Shown: positions 11,200 to 24,800 of the stretch, in pieces | Position numbering within the stretch: the first letter of the stretch is position 1 | Layout: each line of letters opens with the position of its first letter | Source of the DNA: Azolla caroliniana | Taxonomy: Eukaryota; Plantae; Polypodiophyta | DNA: 64,000 bases | Direction of reading: 5' to 3' | NCBI GenBank assembly: GCA_043228905.1 | Contig: JBHGNT010000033.1 | Coordinates: 248,001 to 312,000 of the forward strand | Notes under the pieces: generated by a model | Databases searched by the model: none | What the model was told of the DNA's origin: nothing | The model's input: only the letters and a program-made list of their open reading frames with translations | Translations under genes and position numbers: made by a program

Positions 11200-14100
11200 A
11201 GGTCGAAAGACATGAAGAAATTAGCAAATATGAGGAGGTACTTGAGAAGAGCTCGTGAGTCAATTATAATGTTCCTACCTGGGTCGTGTGCTATCGGATT
11301 TTTGTGTTCAAACATGCATATCGAAGCTAAAAACGCTAGCTATGATATAGAATTAAAAAATCGAGATTTTGAAACTCAGGTCGAGAGACATGAAGAAATT
11401 AGCAAATTTGAGGAGGTACTTGAGAAGAGCTCGTGACTCAATTATAATGTTCATACCTGGCTCGTGTGATATCGGATTTTTGTGTTCAAACATGAGTATG
11501 GAAGCTAACAACGCTAGCTCTGATATAGAATTAAAAAATCGAGATTTTGAAACTCAGGTCGAGAGACATGAAGAAATTAGCAAATTTGAGGAGGGACTTT
11601 AGAAGAGCCTGTGACTAAATTAAAATGTTGATACCTGGCTCGTGTGCTATCGGATTTTTGTGTTCAAACATGCGTATCCAAGCTAACAACGCTAGCTATG
11701 ATATGGAATTAAAAAATCAAGTTTTTGAAACTCAGGTCGAGAGACATGAAGAAATTAGCAAATTTGAGGAGGTCCTTGAGAAGAGCTCGTGACTCAATTA
11801 TAATGTTCATACCTGGCTTTTGTGCTATCGGATTTTTGTGTTCAAACATGCGTATCGAAGCTCACAACGCTAGCTATGATATAGAATTAAAAAATCGAGA
11901 TTTTGAAACTCAGGTGGAGAGACATGAAGAAATTAGCAAACTTGAGGAGGTACTTGAGAAGAGCCCGTGAGTCAATTATAATGTTCATACCTGGCTCGTG
12001 TGATATCGGATTTTTGTGTTCAAACATGCGTATCGAAGCTAACAACGCTAGCTATGATATAGAATTAAAAAAACAAGTTTTTGAAACTCAGGTCGAGAGA
12101 CATGAAGAAATTAGCAAATATGAGGAGGTACTTGAGAAGAGCTCGTGAGTCAATTATAATGTTCATACCTGGCTTTTGTTCTATCGGATTTTTGTGTTCA
12201 AACATGCATATCGAAGCTCACAACGCTAGCTATGATATAGAATTAAAAAATCGAGATTTTGAAACTCAGGTCGAGAGACATGAAGAAATTAGAAAACTTG
12301 AGGAGGTACTTGAGAAGAGCCCGTGAGTCAATTATAATGTTCATACTTGGCTCGTGTGATATCGGATTTTTGTGTTCAAATATGCGCATCGAAGCTAACA
12401 ACGCTAGCGATGATATAGAATTAAAAAATCAAGTTTTTGAAACTCAGGTCGAGAGACATGAAGAAATTAGCAAATTTGAGGAGGTATGAAGAAATTAGCA
12501 AATTTGAGGAGGTATCCAAGCTAACAACGCTAGCTATGATATGGAATTAAAAAATCGAGATTTTGAAATTCAGGTCGAGAGACATGAAGAAATTAGCAAA
12601 TTTGAGGAGACATGAAGAAATTAGCAAATTTGAGGAGGTACTTGACAAGAGCCCGTGAGTGAATTATAATGTTCATACCTGGCTCGTGTGATATCAGATT
12701 TTTGTGTTCAAACATGAGTACTGAAGCTAACAATGCTAAATATGATATAGAATTAAAAAATCGAGATTTTGAAACTCAGGTCGAGAGACATGAAGAAATT
12801 AGCAAATTTGAGGAGGTACTTGAGAAGAGCCCGTGAGTGAATTATAATGTTCATACCTGGCCGTTGTGATATCGGATTTTTGTGTTCAAACATGAGTACT
12901 GAAGCTAACAACGCTAGCTATGATATAGAATTAAAAAATCGAGATTTTAAAACTCAGGTCGAAAGACATGAAGAAATTAGCAAATATGAGGAGGTACTTG
13001 AGAAGAGCTCGTGAGGCAATTATAATGTTCATACCTGGCTCGTGTGCTATCGGATTTTTGTGTTCAAACATGCATATCGAAGCTAACAACGCTAGCTATG
13101 ATATAGAATTAAAAAATCGAGATTTTGAAACTCAGGTCGAGAGACATGAAGAAATTAGCAAATTTGAGGAGGTACTTGAGAAGAGCTCGTGACTCAATTA
13201 TAATGTTCATACCTGGCTCGTGTGATATCGGATTTTTGTGTTCAAACATGAGTATGGAAGCTAACAACGCTAGCTATGATATAGAATTAAAAAATCGAGA
13301 TTTTGAAACTCAGGTCGAGAGACATGAAGAAATTAGCAAATTTGAGGAGGGACTTTAGAAGAGCTTGTGACTAAATTAAAATGTTGATACCTGGCTCGTG
13401 TGCTATCGGATTTTTGTGTTCAAACATGCGTATCCAAGCTAACAACGCTAGCTATGATATGGAATTAAAAAATCAAGTTTTTGAAACTCAGGTCGAGAGA
13501 CATGAAGAAATTAGCAAATTTGAGGAGGTCCTTGAGAAGAGCTCGTGACTCAATTATAATGTTCATACCTGGCTTTTGTGCTATCGGATTTTTGTGTTCA
13601 AACATGCGTATCGAAGCTCACAACGCTAGCTATGATATAGAATTAAAAAATCGAGATTTTGAAACTCAGGTGGAGAGACATGAAGAAATTAGCAAACTTG
13701 AGGAGGTACTTGAGAAGAGCCCGTGAGTCAATTATAATGTTCATACCTGGCTCGTGTGATATCGGATTTTTGTGTTCAAACATGCGTATCGAAGCTAACA
13801 ACGCTAGCTATGATATAGAATTAAAAAAACAAGTTTTTGAAACTCAGGTCGAGAGACATGAAGAAATTAGCAAATTTGAGGAGGTCCTTGAGAAGAGCTC
13901 GTGAGTCAATTATAATGTTCATACCTGGCTTTTATTCTATCGGATTTTTGTGTTCAAACATGCATATCGAAGCTCACAACGCTAGCTATGATATAGAATT
14001 AAAAAATCGAGATTTTGAAACTTAGGTCGAGAGACATGAAGAAATTAGAAAACTTGAGGAGGTACTTGAGAAGAGCCCGTGAGTCAATTATAATGTTCAT

Positions 14101-14950
14101 ACTTGGCTCGTGTGATATCGGATTTTTGTGTTCAAATATGCGTATCGAAGCTAACAACGCTAGCGATGATATAGAATTAAAAAATCAAGTTTTTGAAACT
14201 CAGGTCGAGAGACATGAAGAAATTAGCAAATTTGAGGAGGTATGAAGAAATTAGCAAATTTGAGGAGGTATCCAAGCTAACAACGCTAGCTATGATATGG
14301 AATTAAAAAATCGAGATTTTGAAATTCAGGTCGAGAGACATGAAGAAATTAGCAAATTTGAGGAGACATGAAGAAATTAGCAAATTTGAGGAGGTACTTG
14401 AGAAGAGCCCGTGAGTGAATTATAATGTTCATACCTGGCTCGTGTGATATCAGATTTTTGTGTTCAAACATGAGTACTGAAGCTAACAATGCTAGATATG
14501 ATATAGAATTAAAAAATCGAGATTTTGAAACTCAGGTCGAGAGACATGAAGAAATTAGCAAATTTGAGGAGGTACTTGAGAAGAGCCCGTGAGTGAATTA
14601 TAATGTTCATACCTGGCCGTTGTGATATCGGATTTTTGTGTTCAAACATGAGTACTGAAGCTAACAACGCTAGCTATGATATAGAATTAAAAAATCGAGA
14701 TTTTAAAACTCAGGTCGAAAGACATGAAGAAATTAGCAAATATGAGGAGGTACTTGAGAAGAGCTCGTGAGTCAATTATAATGTTCATACCTGGCTCGTG
14801 TGCTATCGGATTTTTGTGTTCAAACATGCATATCGAAGCTAACAACGCTAGCTATGATATAGAATTAAAAAATCGAGATTTTGAAACTCAGGTCGAGAGA
14901 CATGAAGAAATTAGCAAATTTGAGGAGGTACTTGAGAAGAGCTCGTGAGT
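11200..14950 (+). repeat. 10-monomer higher-order repeat, period 1,756 bp (about 2 copies)
   Basis: 11369/13125, 11725/13481, 11903/13659, 12259/14015 and 12968/14724 are offset by 1756 = 1780 - 52 + 28. Confidence 0.9.
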
Positions 14951-17900
14951 CAATTATAATGTTCATACTTGCCTCGTGTGATATCGGATTTTTGTGTTCA
15001 AATATGAGTATCGAAGCTAACAACGCTAGCGATGATATAGAATTAAAAAATCAAGTTTTTGAAACTCAGGTCGAGAGACATGAAGAAATTAGCAAATTTG
15101 AGGAGGTATGAAGAAATTAGCAAATTTGAGGAGGTATCCAAGCTAACAACGCTAGCTATGATATGGAATTAAAAAATCGAGATTTTGAAACTCAGGTCGA
15201 GAGACATGAAGAAATTAGCAAATTTGAGGAGACATGAAGAAATTAGCAAATTTGAGGAGGTACTTGAGAAGAGCCCGTGAGTGAATTATAATGTTCATAC
15301 CTGGCTCGTGTGATATCAGATTTTTGTGTTCAAACATGAGTACTGAAGCTAACAATGCTAGATATGATATAGAATTAAAAAATCGAGATTTTGAAACTCA
15401 GGTCGAGAGACATGAAGAAATTAGCAAATTTGAGGAGGTACTTGAGAAGAGCCCGTGAGTGAATTATAATGTTCATACCTGGCCGTTGTGATATCGGATT
15501 TTTGTGTTCAAACATGAGTACTGAAGCTAACAACGCTAACTATGATATAGAATTAATAAAATCGAGATTTTAAAACTCAGGTCGAAAGACATGAAGAAAT
15601 TAGCAAATTTGAGGAGGGCCTTTAGAAGAGCCCGTGACTAAATTAAAATGTTGATACCTGGCTCGTGTGCTATCGGATTTTTGTGTTCAAACATGCGTAT
15701 CCAAGCTAACAACGCTAGCTATGATATGGAATTAAAAAATCAAGTTTTTGAAACTCAGGTCGAGAGACATGAAGAAATTAGCAAATTTGAGGAGGTCCTT
15801 GAGAAGAGCTCGTGACGCAATTATAATGTCCATACTTGGCTTTTGTGCTATCGGATTTTTGTGTTCAAACATGCGTATCGAAGCACACCACGCTAGCTAT
15901 GATATAGAATTAAAAAATCGAGATTTTGAAACTCAGGTGGAGAGACATGAAGAAATTAGCAAACTTGAGGAGGTACTTGAGAAGAGCCCGTGAGTCAATT
16001 ATAATGTTCATACCTGGCTCGTGTGATATCGGATTTTTTTGTTCAAACATGCGTATCGAAGCTAACAACGCTAGCTATGATATACAATTAAAAAATCAAG
16101 TTTTTGAAACTCAGGTCGAGAGACATGAAGAAATTAGCAAATTTGAGGGGGTCCTTGAGAAGAGCTCGTGACTCAATTATAATGTTCATACCTGGCTTTT
16201 GTGCTATAGGATTTTTGTGTTCAAACATGCGTATCGAAGCTCACAACGCTAGCTATGATATAGAATTAAAAAATCGAGATTTTGTAACTGAGGTCGAGAG
16301 ACATGAAGAAATTAGCAAACTTGAGGAGGTACTTGAGAAGAGCCCGTGAGTCAATTATAATGTTCATACTTGGCTCGTGTGATATCGGATTATTGTGTTC
16401 AAACATGCGTATCGAAGCTAACAACGCTAGTTATGATATAGAATTAAAAAATCTAGATTTTGAAACACAGGTCGAGAGACATGAAGAAATTAGCAAATTT
16501 GAGGAGGGGCTTTAGAAGAGCCCTTGAATAAATTAAAATGTTGATACCTGGCTCGTGTGCTATCGGATTTTTGTGTTCAAACATGCGTATCCAAGCTAAC
16601 AACGCTAGCTATGATATGGAATTAAAAAATCGAGATTTTGAAACTCAGGTCGAGAGACATGAAGAAATTAGCAAATTTGAGGAGACATGAAGAAATTAGC
16701 AAATTTGAGGAGGTACTTGAGAAGAGCCCGTGAGTGAATTATAATGTTCATACCTGGCTCGTGTGATTTCGGATTTTTGTGTTCAAACATGAGTACTGAA
16801 GCTAACAATGCTAGCTATGATATAGAATTAAAAAATCGAGATTTTGAAACTCAGGTCGAGAGACATGAAGAAATTAGCAAATTTGAGGAGGTACTTGAGA
16901 AGAGCTCGTGAGTCAATTATAATGTTCATACTTGCCTCGTGTGATATCGGATTTTTGTGTTCAAATATGCGTATCGAAGCTAACAACGCTAGCGATGATA
17001 TAGAATTAAAAAATCAAGTTTTTGAAACTCAGGTCGAGAGACATGAAGAAATTAGCAAATTTGAGGAGGTATGAAGAAATTAGCAAATTTGAGGAGGTAT
17101 CCAAGCTAACAACGCAAGCTATGATATGGAATTAAAAAATCGAGATTTTGAAACTCAGGTCGAGAGACATGAAGAAATTAGCAAATTTGAGGAGACATGA
17201 AGAAATTAGCAAATTTGAGGAGGTACTTGAGAAGAGCCCGTGAGTGAATTATAATGTTCATACCTGGCTCGTGTGATATCAGATTTTTGTGTTCAAACAT
17301 GAGTACTGAAGCTAACAATGCTAGATATGATATAGAATTAAAAAATCGAGATTTTGAAACTCAGGTCGAGAGACATGAAGAAATTAGCAAATTTGAGGAG
17401 GTACTTGAGAAGAGCTCGTGAGTCAATTATAATGTTCATACTTGCCTCGTGTGATATCGGATTTTTGTGTTCAAATATGCGTATCGAAGCTAACAACGCT
17501 AGCGATGATATAGAATTAAAAAATCAAGTTTTTGAAACTCAGGTCGAGAGACATGAAGAAATTAGCAAATTTGAGGAGGTATGAAGAAATTAGCAAATTT
17601 GAGGAGGTATCCAAGCTAACAACGCAAGCTATGATATGGAATTAAAAAATCGAGATTTTGAAACTCAGGTCGAGAGACATGAAGAAATTAGCAAATTTGA
17701 GGAGACATGAAGAAATTAGCAAATTTGAGGAGGTACTTGAGAAGAGCCCGTGAGTGAATTATAATGTTCATACCTGGCTCGTGTGATATCAGATTTTTGT
17801 GTTCAAACATGAGTACTGAAGCTAACAATGCTAGATATGATATAGAATTAAAAAATCGAGATTTTGAAACTCAGGTCGAGAGACATGAAGAAATTAGCAA

Positions 17901-20900
17901 ATTTGAGGAGGTACTTGAGAAGAGCCCGTGACTGAATTATAATGTTCATACCTGGCCGTTGTGATATCGGATTTTTGTGTTCAAACATGAGTACTGAAGC
18001 TAACAACGCTAACTATGATATAGAATTAATAAAATCGAGATTTTAAAACTCAGGTCGAAAGACATGAAGAAATTAGCAAATTTGAGGAGGGCCTTTAGAA
18101 GAGCCCGTGACTAAATTAAAATGTTGATACCTGGCTCGTGTGCTATCGGATTTTTGTGTTCAAACATGCGTATCCAAGCTAACAACGCTAGCTATGATAT
18201 GGAATTAAAAAATCAAGTTTTTGAAACTCAGGTCGAGAGACATGAAGAAATTAGCAAATTTGAGGAGGTCCTTGAGAAGAGCTCGTGACGCAATTATAAT
18301 GTCCATACTTGGCTTTTGTGCTATCGGATTTTTGTGTTCAAACATGCGTATCGAAGCACACCACGCTAGCTATGATATAGAATTAAAAAATCGAGATTTT
18401 GAAACTCAGGTGGAGAGACATGAAGAAATTAGCAAACTTGAGGAGGTACTTGAGAAGAGCCCGTGAGTCAATTATAATGTTCATACCTGGCTCGTGTGAT
18501 ATCGGATTTTTTTGTTCAAACATGCGTATCGAAGCTAACAACGCTAGCTATGATATACAATTAAAAAATCAAGTTTTTGAAACTCAGGTCGAGAGACATG
18601 AAGAAATTAGCAAATTTGAGGGGGTCCTTGAGAAGAGCTCGTGACTCAATTATAATGTTCATACCTGGCTTTTGTGCTATAGGATTTTTGTGTTCAAACA
18701 TGCGTATCGAAGCTCACAACGCTAGCTATGATATAGAATTAAAAAATCGAGATTTTGTAACTGAGGTCGAGAGACATGAAGAAATTAGCAAACTTGAGGA
18801 GGTACTTGAGAAGAGCCCGTGAGTCAATTATAATGTTCATACTTGGCTCGTGTGATATCGGATTATTGTGTTCAAACATGCGTATCGAAGCTAACAACGC
18901 TAGTTATGATATAGAATTAAAAAATCTAGATTTTGAAACACAGGTCGAGAGACATGAAGAAATTAGCAAATTTGAGGAGGGGCTTTAGAAGAGCCCTTGA
19001 ATAAATTAAAATGTTGATACCTGGCTCGTGTGCTATCGGATTTTTGTGTTCAAACATGCGTATCCAAGCTAACAACGCTAGCTATGATATGGAATTAAAA
19101 AATCGAGATTTTGAAACTCAGGTCGAGAGACATGAAGAAATTAGCAAATTTGAGGAGACATGAAGAAATTAGCAAATTTGAGGAGGTACTTGAGAAGAGC
19201 CCGTGAGTGAATTATAATGTTCATACCTGGCTCGTGTGATTTCGGATTTTTGTGTTCAAACATGAGTACTGAAGCTAACAATGCTAGCTATGATATAGAA
19301 TTAAAAAATCGAGATTTTGAAACTCAGGTCGAGAGACATGAAGAAATTAGCAAATTTGAGGAGGTACTTGAGAAGAGCTCGTGAGTCAATTATAATGTTC
19401 ATACTTGCCTCGTGTGATATCGGATTTTTGTGTTCAAATATGCGTATCGAAGCTAACAACGCTAGCGATGATATAGAATTAAAAAATCAAGTTTTTGAAA
19501 CTCAGGTCGAGAGACATGAAGAAATTAGCAAATTTGAGGAGGTATGAAGAAATTAGCAAATTTGAGGAGGTATCCAAGCTAACAACGCAAGCTATGATAT
19601 GGAATTAAATAATCGAGATTTTGAAACTCAGGTCGAGAGACATGAAGAAATTAGCAAATTTGAGGAGACATGAAGAAATTAGCAAATTTGAGGAGGTACT
19701 TGAGAAGAGCCCGTGAGTGAATTATAATGTTCATACCTGGCTCGTGTGATATCAGATTTTTGTGTTCAAACATGAGTACTGAAGCTAACAATGCTAGATA
19801 TGATATAGAATTAAAAAATCGAGATTTTGAAACTCAGGTCGAGAGACATGAAGAAATTAGCAAATTTGAGGAGGTACTTGAGAAGAGCCCGTGAGTGAAT
19901 TATAATGTTCATACCTGGCCGTTGTGATATCGGATTTTTGTGTTCAAACATGAGTACTAAAGCTAACAACGCTAGCTATGATATAGAATTAATAAAATCG
20001 AGATTTTAAAACTCAGGTCGAAAGACATGAAGAAATTAGCAAATTTGAGGAGGGCCTTTAGAAGAGCCCGTGACTAAATTAAAATGTTGATACCTGGCTC
20101 GTGTGCTATCGGATTTTTGTGTTCAAACATGCGTATCCAAGCTAACAACGCTAGCTATGATATGGAATTAAAAAATCAAGTTTTTGAAACTCAGGTCGAG
20201 AGACATGAAGAAATTAGCAAATTTGAGGAGGTCCTTGAGAAGAGCTCGTGACGCAATTATAATGTCCATACTTGGCTTTTGTGCTATCGGATTTTTGTGT
20301 TCAAACATGCGTATCGAAGCACACCACGCTAGCTATGATATAGAATTAAAAAATCGAGATTTTGAAACTCAGGTGGAGAGACATGAAGAAATTAGCAAAC
20401 TTGAGGAGGTACTTGAGAAGAGCCCGTGAGTCAATTATAATGTTCATACCTGGCTCGTGTGATATCGGATTTTTTTGTTCAAACATGCGTATGGAAGCTA
20501 ACAACGCTAGCTATGATATACAATTAAAAAATCAAGTTTTTGAAACTCAGGTCGAGAGACATGAAGAAATTAGCAAATTTGAGGAGGTCCTTGAGAAGAG
20601 CTCGTGACTCAATTATAATGTTCATACCTGGCTTTTGTGCTATAGGATTTTTGTGTTCAAACATGCGTATCGAAGCTCACAACGCTAGCTATGATATAGA
20701 ATTAAAAAATCGAGATTTTGTAACTGAGGTCGAGAGACATGAAGAAATTAGCAAACTTGAGGAGGTACTTGAGAAGAGCCCGTGAGTCAATTATAATGTT
20801 CATACTTGGCTCGTGTGATATCGGATTTTTGTGTTCAAACATGCGTATCGGAGCTAACAACGCTAGTTATGATATAGAATTAAAAAATCTAGATTTTGAA

Positions 20901-21300
20901 ACACAGGTCGAGAGATATGAAGAAATTAGCAAATTTGAGGAGGGGCTTTAGAAGAGCCCTTGAATAAATTAAAATGTTGATACCTGGCTCGTGTGCTATC
21001 GGATTTTTGTGTTCAAACATGCGTATCCAAGCTAACAACGCTAGCTATGATATGGAATTAAAAAATCGAGATTTTGAAACTCAGGTCGAGAGACATGAAG
21101 AAATTAGCAAATTTGAGGAGACATGAAGAAATTAGCAAATTTGAGGAGGTACTTGAGAAGAGCCCGTGAGTGAATTATAATGTTCATACCTGGCTCGTGT
21201 GATTTCGGATTTTTGTGTTCAAACATGAGTACTGAAGCTAACAATGCTAGCTATGATATAGAATTAAAAAATCGAGATTTTGAAACTCAGGTCGAGAGAC
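14880..21300 (+). repeat. 11-monomer higher-order repeat, period 1,963 bp (about 3 copies), with a nested 510-bp trimer duplication
   Basis: 14881/16844, 17354/19317 and 18221/20184 are offset by 1963 = 1958 + 28 + 28 - 52 + 1. 16844/17354 is offset by 510. 15748/18221 is offset by 2473 = 1963 + 510. Confidence 0.9.
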
Positions 21301-21849
21301 ATGAAGAAATTAGCAAATTTGAGGAGGTACTTGAGAAGAGCCCGTGAGTGAATTATAATGTTCATACCTGGCCGTTGTGATATCGGATTTTTGTGTTCAA
21401 ACATGAGTACTGAAGCTAACAACGCTAGCTATGATATAGAATTAAAAACTCGAGAGTTTAAAACTCAGGTCGAAAGACATGAAGAAATTAGCAAATATGA
21501 GGAGGTACTTGAGAAGAGCTCGTGAGTCAATTATAATGTTCCTACCTGGGTCGTGTGCTATCGGATTTTTGTGTTCAAACATGCATATCGAAGCTAAAAA
21601 CGCTAGCTATGATATAGAATTAAAAAATCGAGATTTTGAAACTCAGGTCGAGAGACATGAAGAAATTAGCAAATTTGAGGAGGTACTTGAGAAGAGCTCG
21701 TGACTCAATTATAATGTTCATACCTGGCTCGTGTGATATCGGATTTTTGTGTTCAAACATGAGTATGGAAGCTAACAACGCTAGCTATGATATAGAATTA
21801 AAAAATCGAGATTTTGAAACTCAGGTCGAGAGACATGAAGAAATTAGCA

Positions 21850-24800
21850 AATTTGAGGAGGGACTTGAGAAGAGCGCGTGAGTCAATTAAAATGTTCATA
21901 CCTGGCTCGTGTGTTATCGGATTTTTGTGTTCAAACATGCGTATCGAAGCTAACAACGCTAGCTATGATATAGATTTAAAAAATCGAGATTCTGAAACTC
22001 AGGTCGAGAACCATGAAGAAATTAGCAAATTTGAGGAGGTACTTGAGAAGAGCGCGTGAGTCAATTAAAATGTTCATACCTGGCTCGTGTGATATCGGAT
22101 TTTTGTGTTCAAACATGCGTATCGAAGCTAACAACGCTAGCTATGATATAGATTTAGAAAATCGAGATTCTGAAACTCAGGTCGAGAGACATGAAGAAAT
22201 TAGCAAATTTGAGGAGGGACTTGAGAAGAGCGCGTGACTGAATTAAAATGTTCATACCTGGCGAGTGTGATATCGGATTTTTGTGTTCAAACATGCGTAT
22301 CGAAGCTAACAACGCTAGCTATGATTTTGAATTGAAAAATTCAAGATTTTGAAACTTAGGTCCAGAGACATGAAAAAATTAGCAAATTTGAGGAGGGACT
22401 TGAGAAGAGCGCGTGAGTCAATTAAAATGTTCATACCTGACTTGTGTGATATCGGATTTTTGTGTTCAAACATGCGTATCGAAGCTAACAACGCTAGCTA
22501 TGATCTAGAATTAAAAAATGAAGATTTTGAAAGTCAGGCCGACAGACATGAAGAAATTAGCAAATTTGAGGAGGGACTTTAGAAGAGCTCCTGACTAGAT
22601 TAAAATGTTCATACCTGGCTCGTGTGCTATCGGATTTTTGTGGTCAAACATGCGTATCGAAGCTCATAACGCTAGCTATGATATAGAATTAAAAAATCGA
22701 GATTTTGTAACTGAGGTCGAGAGACATGAAGAAATTAGCAAACTTGAGGAGGTACTTGAGAAGAGCCCGTGAGTCAATTATAATGTTCATACTTGGCTCG
22801 TGTGATATCGGTTTTTTGTGTTCAAACATGCGTATCGAAGCTAACATCGCTAGTTATGATATAGAATTAAAAAATCTAGATTTTGAAACACAGGTCGAGA
22901 GACATGAAGAAATTAGCAAATTTGAGGAGGGGCTTTAGAAGAGCCCTTGAATAAATTAAAATGTTGATACCTGGCTCGTGTGCTATCGGATTTTTGTGTT
23001 CAAACATGCGTATCCAAGCTAACAACGCTAGCTATGATATGGAATTAAAAAATCGAGATTTTGAAACTCAGGTCGAGAGACATGAAGAAATTAGCAAATT
23101 TGAGGAGACATGAAGAAATTAGCAAATTTGAGGAGGTACTTGAGAAGAGCCCGTGAGTGAATTATAATGTTCATACCTGGCTCGTGTGATTTCGGATTTT
23201 TGTGTTCAAACATGAGTACTGAAGCTAACAATGCTAGCTATGATATAGAATTAAAAAATCGAGATTTTGAAACTCAGGTCGAGAGACATGAAGAAATTAG
23301 CAAATTTGAGGAGGTACTTGAGAAGAGCCCGTGAGTGAATTATAATGTTCATACCTGGCCGTTGTGATATCGGATTTTTGTGTTCAAACATGAGTACTGA
23401 AGCTAACAACGCTAGCTATGATATAGAATTAAAAACTCGAGAGTTTAAAACTCAGGTCGAAAGACATGAAGAAATTAGCAAATATGAGGAGGTACTTGAG
23501 AAGAGCTCGTGAGTCAATTATAATGTCCCTACCTGGGTCGTGTGCTATCGGATTTTTGTGTTCAAACATGCATATCGAAGCTAACAACGCTATCTATGAT
23601 ATAGAATTAAAAAATCGAGATTTTGAAACTCAGGTCGAGAGACATGAAGAAATTAGCAAATTTGAGGAGGTACTTGAGAAGAGCTCGTGACTCAATTATA
23701 ATGTTCATACCTGGCTCGTGTGATATCGGATTTTTGTGTTCAAACATGAGTATGGAAGCTCACAACGCTAGCTATGATATAGAATTAAAAAATCGAGATT
23801 TTGAAACTCAGGTGGAGAGACATGAAGAAATTAGCAAACTTGAGGAGGTACTTGAGAAGAGCCCGTGAGTCAATTATAATGTTCATACCTGGCTCGTGTG
23901 ATATCGGATTTTTGTGTTCAAACATGCGTATCGAAGCTAACAACGCTAGCTATGATATAGAATTAAAAAAACAAGTTTTTGAAACTCAGGTCGAGAGACA
24001 TGAAGAAATTAGCAAATTTGAGGAGGTCCTTGAGAAGAGCTCGTGAGTCAATTATAATGTTCATACCTGGCTTTTGTGCTATCGGATTTTTGTGTTCAAA
24101 CATGCATATCGAAGCTCACAACGCTAGCTATGATATAGAATTAAAAAATCGAGATTTTGAAACTCAGGTCAAGAGACATGAAGAAATTAGAAAACTTGAG
24201 GAGGTACTTGAGAAGAGCCCGTGAGTCAATTATAATGTTCATACTTGGCTCGTGTGATATCGGATTTTTGTGTTCAAATATGCGTATCGAAGCTAACAAC
24301 GCTAGCGATGATATAGAATTAAAAAATCAAGTTTTTGAAACTCAGGTCGAGAGACATGAAGAAATTAGCAAATTTGAGGAGGTATGAAGAAATTAGCAAA
24401 TTTGAGGAGGTATCCAAGCTAACAACGCTAGCTATGATATGGAATTAAAAAATCGAGATTTTGAAATTCAGGTCGAGAGACATGAAGAAATTAGCAAATT
24501 TGAGGAGACATGAAGAAATTAGCAAATTTGAGGAGGTACTTGAGAAGAGCCCGTGAGTGAATTATAATGTTCATACCTGGCTCGTGTGATATCAGATTTT
24601 TGTGTTCAAACATGAGTACTGAAGCTAACAATGCTAGATATGATATAGAATTAAAAAATCGAGATTTTGAAACTCAGGTCGAGAGACATGAAGAAATTAG
24701 CAAATTTGAGGAGGTACTTGAGAAGAGCCCGTGAGTGAATTATAATGTTCATACCTGGCCGTTGTGATATCGGATTTTTGTGTTCAAACATGAGTACTGA

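Larger units (their letters stand above)
1..21850 (+). repeat. Satellite subfamily A domain (indel-rich)
   Basis: Mostly GAGGTACTTG, GAGC(C/T)CGT, AATTATAATG and GATTTTGA. Frequent CATGAGTACTG, 28-bp duplications, 126-bp and 163-bp monomers. Confidence 0.9.
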
